Assembly (NCBI GenBank): GCA_045863335.1 | Contig: BTVY01000009.1 | Span: forward strand, 80,723-144,722 | Reading direction: 5' to 3' | Source of the DNA: Candidatus Hydrogenedentota bacterium | GTDB taxonomy: Bacteria > Hydrogenedentota > Hydrogenedentia > Hydrogenedentales > SLHB01 | Length of the DNA stretch: 64,000 bases | Shown here: piece by piece, positions 56,338-64,000 of the stretch | Layout of the letters: each line of letters begins with the position of its first letter | Numbering within the stretch: position 1 is the stretch's first letter | Translations under genes and position numbers: made by a program | The notes under the pieces: model-generated | Databases searched by the model: none | What the model was told of the DNA's origin: nothing | Seen by the model: only the letters and a program-made list of their open reading frames with translations

Positions 56338-57345
56338 TCAGTCCCGGCGTTGCTCGTTGGCGCCCTCGCTAAATGTCTTGAGGCGGTCGATTCGATCCGG
56401 CTCGCTCTTCATGATCCACTCGTCTTGTGACAACTCCCGATAGGCCAGAGCGAAGTATTCCTGTGCTTTGTCGGGGCGACCGAGCGCCAAAAGACATTCG
56501 CCCAATTCCTCGTACACGTACCCGTCGGTTACGCCAGCCGCGTCCAGGTCCTCCAGCAGCGCTTCTTGCATTTCCAGCGCTTCCTCCACGCGCCCCAGCG
56601 AGCGCAGGGTCCGCGCGACAGACCAACGCGCGACGCGGATCTGTTCCGGCTGCCCGTGTTCAGAATACCACTCCAGCGCGTTCTCAAACATCGCAAGCGC
56701 CTGGTCGTAGTTCCCAGTGTCGTGATACGACCAACCGAGGTTGTTGTATATGGGGCCAAGCCAACGCCGCGCAAGCGGGTCCTTCGAGTGTTTCGCGATG
56801 TCCAGCGCCTTCTCCGACCACGCAATCTGCTCCGCAGGCGGTTCGACAATACCCATCATGTGGGCTGCGTCGATCGCGTGACGATCCAGTCCCGCGCGCC
56901 CGGCCAACGCCAGGGCCTCCAGGAAGTATTGCCGGCTTTCGGCGGGTTTGCCTGCACTGTTCAGCAGACGCCCGCGTTCGAGCAGAATACGTGTCTGGAC
57001 CTCGAACGCATCTTCCGGCGCCAAAGCTTGGGCTTCGTCGAGCGTGACGTGCGCCGCGTCAAATTCATTCTGCAACCCCTGCGCCCGTGCAATCTGTGTC
57101 AACACTTCCGACCGAAACGCCGGCTCCCGCGAAGCTTCCATGAACGCCCGGAACCGCTCTTCGGACGAAGCAGGGCTGCTGAAGTCCCAGAGGTCATCGA
57201 TGTGGTTCACCGGGAAGCTGCGCGGTCCCAATTTGTCGTTCCCCTTGGTCGTACAACCCATCCCCAGAAATGCAATCGCCACAATCGCAACGCATACTTG
57301 TCCCCGGAAGGCGCGTGATGTACGGTGTAGGTTCTCAGTCACCAT
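56338..57345 (-). CDS. Tetratricopeptide-repeat protein (possible lipoprotein)
   Basis: TQIARAQGL, LLERGR, YNNLGWSY, EELGECL; LGMGC lipobox-like. Confidence 0.8.
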   Translation of the reverse strand: MVTENLHRTSRAFRGQVCVAIVAIAFLGMGCTTKGNDKLGPRSFPVNHIDDLWDFSSPASSEERFRAFMEASREPAFRSEVLTQIARAQGLQNEFDAAHVTLDEAQALAPEDAFEVQTRILLERGRLLNSAGKPAESRQYFLEALALAGRAGLDRHAIDAAHMMGIVEPPAEQIAWSEKALDIAKHSKDPLARRWLGPIYNNLGWSYHDTGNYDQALAMFENALEWYSEHGQPEQIRVARWSVARTLRSLGRVEEALEMQEALLEDLDAAGVTDGYVYEELGECLLALGRPDKAQEYFALAYRELSQDEWIMKSEPDRIDRLKTFSEGANEQRRD

Positions 57346-57453
57346 GGTGGAATACGTGTACCCGAACGCGATGGATATATCAACTCCTCAATCGAAACGC
57401 TTTTGCCCCTGGGACGGATTCCCGCTGGGTATTACGATACCGGAATTCATTTG

Positions 57454-59616
57454 ATGACGCAGATCCAGGAAATACTTCAGCGATACTGGGGGTATGAATC
57501 ATTCCGGCCGTTGCAGCGGGAGGCCATGCAAGCGGTCATGGACCGGAAGGACTCGGTTGTGATCCTTCCGACCGGCGGGGGGAAATCCCTCTGTTTTCAA
57601 GCCCCTGCGCTGGTCTTGCCGGGAATGGCTGTGGTGATTTCGCCGCTCATATCGCTCATGAAAGACCAGGTTGACGCGCTCACGGCAAACGGAATTTCCG
57701 CGGCGGCCATTCACAGCATGATGAATGCGGAGGAACGCCGGTCCGTGGACCGAGCCATTCGCGACGGGTTGCTCAAGATTCTATACGTGTCCCCCGAACG
57801 GCTCGCGCAGGAGCGATTCCGCGACTACCTGCGCGACGCGAACGTGTCGTTCATGGTGGTCGACGAGGCGCACTGCATCAGCCAATGGGGTCACGATTTC
57901 AGGCCCGAGTACCGGCAGTTGCGGGGCTTGCGCGATACCTTCCCGGACGTCCATGTCCACGCCTACACCGCGACGGCCACGAGCCACGTGCGTAACGATA
58001 TTGTCGAAGAACTGTCCCTGCGCGATCCCGAGGTGCTGGTTGGGTCCTTCGATCGGCCTAACCTCGTCTACCGGGCTGAACGGCGTGCGGACAGCTTCCA
58101 GCAGATCGGCCGCGTTCTGGGCCGCCACGAGGGCGAGTCCGGCATTATTTACTGCATCAGCCGCAAGGAAGTGGACTCGCTATGCGAGCGGCTGAATCTT
58201 GCGGGTCACAAGGCGGTGCCGTATCACGCGGGCCTTCCCGACGAGGATCGCAAACGCAATCAGGACGCATTCATTCGCGACAAGGCGGATATCGTTGTGG
58301 CGACAGTTGCCTTCGGCATGGGCATCGACAAGCCCGACGTCCGATTCGTCATTCACGCCGGTATGCCCAAGTCTATCGAACACTATCAGCAAGAAAGCGG
58401 CCGCGCCGGGCGCGACGGGTTGGAAGCAGAGTGCCGGCTTCTCTATTCCGGCGCCGACTTTATGATTTGGAAGAGCATGCTGGCGAAGCAAGAGGGTGAA
58501 GCGGTCGAAATCGCGTTGTCCAAGCTTGAAGACATGCAGCGCTACTGTACGGGCGCCGCGTGCCGCCGCAAGACGTTGCTCGCCTACTTTGACGAGCACT
58601 ATCCCAAGGACCGCTGCGGCGCCTGCGACTATTGTCTGAACGAACTGGATACGGTCGAAGGCTCCCGCGAGATTGTGCGCGCCATTCTTGCCTGCGTGGA
58701 CGAACTCGGCTCCATGGCCGGACCGACCTACACTGCGCTCGTGCTCTCTGGAGCGACCGAAGAACGCGTCCTGTCCAAGGGCCACGACAACCTGAGCACG
58801 TACGCGAGTCTGGCCTCCGAAGGGCAGCGCGCGGTTCGGGACTGGATCGAGCAACTGGTCGCGCAGGGGTACCTGGAGAAGACGGGTGAGTACAATGTCC
58901 TCAGCGTAACGGCGCTGGGGCGCGGCGCGGACGATCGGGAGCCCGCGCTGACGAAAGTCTCGGGACGCACTCGGAAGTCGACGGTCGCCGCGGTGAAGTC
59001 CATGGAGGGCGTCGACGCCGGCCTATTCGAAGCGCTGCGAACGCTGCGCCGCCAGGAGGCGGAGGAGCGCCGCGTGCCGCCTTACGTCATTTTCAGCGAT
59101 GCCTCCCTTATGGATATGGCGCGGAAACGGCCGACAAACACGATCGAGTTTCTGGGGGTTCATGGTGTCGGTCAGAAGAAGTTTCGCGACTTCGGAGACG
59201 CGTTTATCGCTGTAATTCAGCGGTATTGCGACGAACACGGGCTGAGCACGAACGTTACCGTATCAACAAGCGCCGCGTTTGAATTGGATGACGTACCGAC
59301 GCGCAAGCGCCCATCAAAGAACGATACCTGGCGCCAGTGCGAGCCGCTTTTCAAACAAGGCAGAACGATCGAAGAAGTAAGCGCGATTATCCAGCGCGCG
59401 CCGTCAACGGTCGCAGGCTACTTGCTGAAATACATCGAAGAGAATCAGATAGACGATCCGTCGCCCTGGGTGCATGGATCCATCTTCGAACGGGTGCGAG
59501 AATGCGCCAGATCCATGGAAACGGACCGGATGAAGCCGGTCTATCAGGCGCTGAACGAAGAAGTCAGCTACGAAGAAATCCGCATCTGCATGGCCTGCAT
59601 GCGGAATCTGGGATGA
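57454..59616 (+). CDS. recQ: ATP-dependent DNA helicase RecQ
   Basis: PTGGGKS, DEAHC, TATA, ATVAFGMGID, QESGRAGRD, Zn-binding Cys cluster, RQC and HRDC domains. Confidence 0.95.
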   Translation: MTQIQEILQRYWGYESFRPLQREAMQAVMDRKDSVVILPTGGGKSLCFQAPALVLPGMAVVISPLISLMKDQVDALTANGISAAAIHSMMNAEERRSVDRAIRDGLLKILYVSPERLAQERFRDYLRDANVSFMVVDEAHCISQWGHDFRPEYRQLRGLRDTFPDVHVHAYTATATSHVRNDIVEELSLRDPEVLVGSFDRPNLVYRAERRADSFQQIGRVLGRHEGESGIIYCISRKEVDSLCERLNLAGHKAVPYHAGLPDEDRKRNQDAFIRDKADIVVATVAFGMGIDKPDVRFVIHAGMPKSIEHYQQESGRAGRDGLEAECRLLYSGADFMIWKSMLAKQEGEAVEIALSKLEDMQRYCTGAACRRKTLLAYFDEHYPKDRCGACDYCLNELDTVEGSREIVRAILACVDELGSMAGPTYTALVLSGATEERVLSKGHDNLSTYASLASEGQRAVRDWIEQLVAQGYLEKTGEYNVLSVTALGRGADDREPALTKVSGRTRKSTVAAVKSMEGVDAGLFEALRTLRRQEAEERRVPPYVIFSDASLMDMARKRPTNTIEFLGVHGVGQKKFRDFGDAFIAVIQRYCDEHGLSTNVTVSTSAAFELDDVPTRKRPSKNDTWRQCEPLFKQGRTIEEVSAIIQRAPSTVAGYLLKYIEENQIDDPSPWVHGSIFERVRECARSMETDRMKPVYQALNEEVSYEEIRICMACMRNLG

Positions 59617-59626
59617 GGGGGGGCAA

Positions 59627-61915
59627 ATGGTTGAACGGAGCGTCAATGCGATGGTGACAAGACTTTCCGGGATCGTACTTTTCTTTGTGATGTGCTTATC
59701 AGTTTGTTCGGAGGAACCTCCCTCAGCATTCACGATCGCCAACAGCGGCGGCGGCTTTACCGCGTCCCTGGGCGATGATGATTGGCTCCGGTTCACAGCG
59801 CCACAACTCGGCAGTCTTCCCGCGGAGACACAGATCGAAGATCTCCCCGATGGATGGCGTAGGGTCCGCATGACGTGGTCCGTCGATGACCCGATCCAAC
59901 AGGACGAGTTGTCAATCCCCTTTGGCGTGCTGGTGGAACCGGACCAGTGGTGGGCGCCCCATCTCGCTCCGGAGGAGGGGTTCTGCATCGCCCAGCACGT
60001 CTTTCGCTCGCCAGCAATAATCGCGACGCGCGGCGATGCGGTCATGGTCGTTGTCCCCGATCTCGATATCGCGGGAGATCGTCCAGGTAACCCGTGGTTC
60101 ATGGATTACGATGCGCCGGCCCGCGAGATGTGGCTCGGCATGACGCGCACCTCCGTCCCGCTCCACGTGTTGTTCAAAAAGGAATCGGGAATGGTATTCG
60201 AGCCGGGAAATGTGGAGTTGGGCTTTTACGTGACGCTTTACAAGGACGACGAGGAGCCTTTGAATCCCTGGGCGCGCGTCACGCAGTTCCTTTGGGAACG
60301 CTACGGACATCCACTCTACCTGCAAGGCGAGCCGCTGCGCATCCCCATGGATACCTACGTCGATCACACGTACCGATGGGCATTTGATTCCTGGAAGGAT
60401 TCCATGTGGCAAGAGTTCGAAATCGACGGCAAGAAGGTTGGCGGTCCCGCGTTCATCGTGAACGTGAGCCAATCCCCCAACTATCCCGGTCCGTGGTTTC
60501 AACGCGAGTTTTTGTCCATCTGGAATCAAGCCTGGTTCTCCACGCTTCGTGTCGGAGCGGGGATGCGCCGGTACGCCGTCCGCATGGAGAACGCGGATTT
60601 GCTGCGCCGCGCGGAGATGATCAAAGCGTTCACGCTTGCCGCGCCGCAGGAGGACGGGCTGTTTCCGTCCGTGTACCGCACGGACAACGAGAAGGTTGAC
60701 GTCGACGGCGCCACGGTCGAGCGGCCGCGCCCCTGGAGCGAGGGGTACTGGGCAAATTCAAACCGGGTCCCCTGGAAGAGCGGCGTCACCGATCGTTGGT
60801 TTCACGTGCTCGATGCGAGTTGGACTGCTCTACTCATGCTGCGATGGTACGACGAGTTCGAGAAAGATCCCGCGCTCCTCGAATATGCGACGGCATACGG
60901 AGACCGGCTGTTGACATTGCAGGATGCCGACGGGTTCTTTCCCGCATGGTTGCATCCGGAGACGGACGACCCTTGGGAGCACTATCGACAGTCTCCGGAA
61001 GTCAGTATGAGCGTCACCTTCCTGCTGAAGCTGGCAGACGTAACGGACAAGACCGAGTACCGCGATGCGGCATTGCGCGCCATGGATGCCGTGGTTCGCG
61101 ACGTCATCCCCACCGGTCGCTGGGAAGATTTCGAGACCTATTTCTCCTGTTGCCAGTGGGGCTACCCAGAGTTCCTGAACCGGCAAATCCCGCGAAACGC
61201 CATGTACAAGCAGAACAACTTCTCCATGTTCTGGACCGCGGAGGCGCTTCTCGAAAGCTATCGCGCGACGGGGAACGATAAGTATCTTCGTTGGGGACGT
61301 CGAACCCTCGACGAGCTGAGCATGACGCAGCAAGTGTGGCAGCCACCCTTCATCCACATTCCCGCGCTGGGCGGTTTCGGAGTGATGAATTGCGATGGCG
61401 AGTGGAATGATTCGCGCGAGTGTCTGTTCGCGGAACTGTTCATGGACTATTACCAGGTTACCGGCGATCATCACCTGTTCGAACGCGGGGTGGCCGCGCT
61501 CAAGTCCGCCTTCGTGATGATGTATTGTCCCGAGAATCCAGAGCAGAAGACCCTATACGAAAAAGTCCACCCCTTCTTCGGCCTCGAAGACTATGGATTC
61601 ACCATGGAGAATTACAGCCACGGAGGCACGGCGTCCAAGGACGGGGAGGGAATCGGTCCGTTCACCATCTTCTCCTGGGGCAACGGGGCCGCAGCGGAGG
61701 CGCGCAACCGCATTCGCGATCACTGGGGCGACGTGTATGTCGATAGGACCCGTGGAGATGCATTCGGGATCGACAGTGTCGAAGTGTCGCTTAAGGACGG
61801 CGAACTGCGTCTGAAGGACCTGGCGAACACGCCGCGGCAAATACGAATTTGCTACGAAGATGGTACCAACGTGGAGACCGATTTGGAGGGAACCGTCTCG
61901 GTCACCGTGGATTGA
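59627..61915 (+). CDS. Secreted hypothetical protein, probable (alpha/alpha)6-barrel glycoside hydrolase/lyase
   Basis: Signal peptide; Trp-rich, repeated helical hairpins (LQDADGFF, EALLESYRATG, DYYQVTGD). Confidence 0.6.
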   Translation: MVERSVNAMVTRLSGIVLFFVMCLSVCSEEPPSAFTIANSGGGFTASLGDDDWLRFTAPQLGSLPAETQIEDLPDGWRRVRMTWSVDDPIQQDELSIPFGVLVEPDQWWAPHLAPEEGFCIAQHVFRSPAIIATRGDAVMVVVPDLDIAGDRPGNPWFMDYDAPAREMWLGMTRTSVPLHVLFKKESGMVFEPGNVELGFYVTLYKDDEEPLNPWARVTQFLWERYGHPLYLQGEPLRIPMDTYVDHTYRWAFDSWKDSMWQEFEIDGKKVGGPAFIVNVSQSPNYPGPWFQREFLSIWNQAWFSTLRVGAGMRRYAVRMENADLLRRAEMIKAFTLAAPQEDGLFPSVYRTDNEKVDVDGATVERPRPWSEGYWANSNRVPWKSGVTDRWFHVLDASWTALLMLRWYDEFEKDPALLEYATAYGDRLLTLQDADGFFPAWLHPETDDPWEHYRQSPEVSMSVTFLLKLADVTDKTEYRDAALRAMDAVVRDVIPTGRWEDFETYFSCCQWGYPEFLNRQIPRNAMYKQNNFSMFWTAEALLESYRATGNDKYLRWGRRTLDELSMTQQVWQPPFIHIPALGGFGVMNCDGEWNDSRECLFAELFMDYYQVTGDHHLFERGVAALKSAFVMMYCPENPEQKTLYEKVHPFFGLEDYGFTMENYSHGGTASKDGEGIGPFTIFSWGNGAAAEARNRIRDHWGDVYVDRTRGDAFGIDSVEVSLKDGELRLKDLANTPRQIRICYEDGTNVETDLEGTVSVTVD

Positions 61916-61945
61916 CGGTCGCAATGAATCATCCGCGCGGATGAC

Positions 61946-63223
61946 TTAACCCACGACAGGCAATTCGTATCCTTCCCGATATGTGCGCGACAGCAGCCGC
62001 GTCGCTTCTTCGTCGCCGACGCATTCCACGCGATCCGCATCGAAGACAATTCGCCGGTTTACGCGGGTTGCGATGTTACCCAAATTGCTGAGCATTGCCG
62101 ACACGGCGCCTTCTGAGATAGGCGCGTTCAACCCCGCGGGGTTGTTTGCCTTGACACAGTCCAGGAAGTTGCGCGCGTTCGCAACGATATCCTGTCCGCC
62201 GCCGATCTGTTTGGGTTCCTCTCCGATAAACGTGACAAAACAGCCTTGCCGGCCCACTTCGACGGTCCCCTTATCCCCATAGAAGATGACGCCATTATCG
62301 TGACCGTCCATCTTGTAGTCGGTCCACAACCGCATCTCGAATACGAGGTGGCAATCATCATACTCGTACGTCGCAAGTTGGGTGTCCGGCGTTTCGTGAT
62401 CGTCGTCATAGAAAAGCTGTCCGCCCGGCGCGGTCACCGCGTTTGGCAGTCCGACGTTCAAGCCCCAACGGGCGATATCGATCTGGTGGACTCCGTCGTT
62501 GCCGATATCGCCAGTGCCATAGTCCCAGAACCAATGCCAATTGTAGTGCCACCGGTTTGTCGTAAACGCATGAAGCGGCGCCGGCCCCAGCCACAGGTCG
62601 TAATTCACGCCCTCAGGTGGATCGGATTCCGGCGCGCGGCCGATAGGTCCCCGAAGTTGGTGGTTGATTGCCTTGGCGAGCCGCACCTTGCCCAGATTTC
62701 CCTCATGCAAGAATCGCATTGCCTCCCGGATGCCTGCGCCGCTTCGGCTTTGTGTGCCATGTTGCACGCACAGGCCCGTCTTGGCGGCCGCTTCCATCAA
62801 CACCACGCCCTCGTGGACATTGTGGCAACAGGGTTTCTCCACATAGACGTGCTTGCCGGCATTCAATGCGGCCAACGCCACCGGGGTATGCCAATGGTCC
62901 GGAGTCGCGATGCTCACCGATTGAATCGTCGGATCGTCGAGTACCTCGCGATAGTCGTCATATCCGCGGGCCTCGGCCTTCTTGGAGGCCTCCTCCACGG
63001 CATGGGCCCGCCGCTCCGGATCCAGATCGCAGATGGCGACGACGTGACAATCGTCGAAGGAATTGAAGCTGCGCAAATGGGTATGCCCCTGCCCGCCGGT
63101 TCCAATTACAGCATGCCGCACGACATCGGTTTTTCCCTTGCGATCCTGTGCCATGACACGCTGTGCGGTAATGAGACCGGTACCGGCAATCTGGGCGAAC
63201 GAACGGCGCGTAAGTGTATTCAC
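61946..63223 (-). CDS. Tat-exported Gfo/Idh/MocA oxidoreductase
   Basis: TRRSF Tat motif after AGGAG RBS and GTG 63223; IGTGGQG, ATPDHWH, GKHVYVEKP, WLGPAP, GVHQID. Confidence 0.9.
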   Translation of the reverse strand: MNTLTRRSFAQIAGTGLITAQRVMAQDRKGKTDVVRHAVIGTGGQGHTHLRSFNSFDDCHVVAICDLDPERRAHAVEEASKKAEARGYDDYREVLDDPTIQSVSIATPDHWHTPVALAALNAGKHVYVEKPCCHNVHEGVVLMEAAAKTGLCVQHGTQSRSGAGIREAMRFLHEGNLGKVRLAKAINHQLRGPIGRAPESDPPEGVNYDLWLGPAPLHAFTTNRWHYNWHWFWDYGTGDIGNDGVHQIDIARWGLNVGLPNAVTAPGGQLFYDDDHETPDTQLATYEYDDCHLVFEMRLWTDYKMDGHDNGVIFYGDKGTVEVGRQGCFVTFIGEEPKQIGGGQDIVANARNFLDCVKANNPAGLNAPISEGAVSAMLSNLGNIATRVNRRIVFDADRVECVGDEEATRLLSRTYREGYELPVVG

Positions 63224-63423
63224 GGTTGGAAGTCTCCTGATTCCTCTCCACAGTCGCAAAACATGCTAAACGGTCGCGGACTCGCAAGTCCGGTTGCCTT
63301 CATGGTAGCATGTGCCCGCCAAGATGGCGATTGATATTGTAGCACTATTACAAGTGCGCGGATTAATGCATCTGGAGCAGGGGTCCTGTGGTTCCGGGTG
63401 CCTACCAGTCGGAGGGAAGCTTC

Positions 63424-63789
63424 ATGCCGCGTAAGGCAAAGTCCAGTTCAAAATCCCGAACATCCAAAAGCCGCCGTTCGCGCCGCACGCGAGAAGAGGT
63501 GCAAGCGCTGATGGACTCCATTCACTCGGATGTTGCCGGCGGCGCGACGATCAAAGACGCTCTCAAGAAGGCGGGAGTCTCCTACAGCAACTACAACTAC
63601 TGGCGCAAGCGCGAGGGCACGCCAGCGGGCCGGGGCAAGCGCGGCGCACCCCGCACCGCGAGTGTCATGGGGCTCTTGGATGAGATGACCCGGAACCGTC
63701 GCGACGCGGAATCGCTGCGCCAGAAACTCTCCCATCTCGATAGCCGTTTTGAAAAACTCAAGAAGCAGCTCGAGAGATCCAACGGCTGA
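63424..63789 (+). CDS. Small basic HTH plus coiled-coil protein
   Basis: GGAGG RBS; K/R/S-rich N-terminus; HTH-like TIKDALKKAGVSYSNYNYWRK; C-terminal heptad coil. Confidence 0.7.
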   Translation: MPRKAKSSSKSRTSKSRRSRRTREEVQALMDSIHSDVAGGATIKDALKKAGVSYSNYNYWRKREGTPAGRGKRGAPRTASVMGLLDEMTRNRRDAESLRQKLSHLDSRFEKLKKQLERSNG

Positions 63790-63848
63790 GCCTGCGTGAA
63801 TTCCCCGCGTTTTTCAATTATCCCCTGTGCAGCCCGCACACCATGTGT

Positions 63849-63890
63849 GGCACTGGCCGCGTGCGTTGCGCTGCCCATGCGGCCAGCGCC
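63849..63890. terminator. GC-rich hairpin downstream of the HTH gene
   Basis: ggcactggccgcgtg...catgcggccagcgcc, 15-bp imperfect stem, no poly-U tail. Confidence 0.35.
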
Positions 63891-64000
63891 CGATTCTGCT
63901 CGTTTCACCGTAACGAAGCCACGATAGGAGATCACGCTTGGAGGCGCTCGATCAGATTCTCACGAAAGTCAGCGGTTGGGCATGGGGTCCACCCATGCTT

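Overview
GC-rich bacterial DNA in standard code 11 (TGA is used as stop in ATGA/GTGA gene overlaps). The dominant feature is a tightly coupled 10-gene respiratory operon at 6865-18951, just downstream of tRNA-Ala(GGC). In order it encodes an Rrf2 regulator, a cytoplasmic GltD/NfnB/DsrL-like FAD/NAD(P)/Fe-S flavoprotein, a Tat Rieske protein, a fused cytochrome b (APWY instead of PEWY), a membrane-anchored hexaheme cytochrome c, a Tat-exported type II DMSO-reductase-family molybdoenzyme resembling haloarchaeal periplasmic NarG, its beta subunit (with a Cys-rich tail), a heme-b gamma subunit, a TorD-type chaperone and a MOSC protein. It looks like a hybrid of an anammox-style Rieske/cyt b-NAD(P) oxidoreductase module and an archaeal-type periplasmic oxyanion reductase. 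The rest of the window holds: two sugar ABC systems; many secreted glycan-active proteins; a PilZ-pseudoreceiver protein and an orphan CheB; a zinc locus (His-rich protein, znuBCA, zur, P1B ATPase); ppk1; hicAB; a VWA/HK/RR module; recQ; and several REP-like inverted repeats. All family calls come from motif recognition only; no database search was run.
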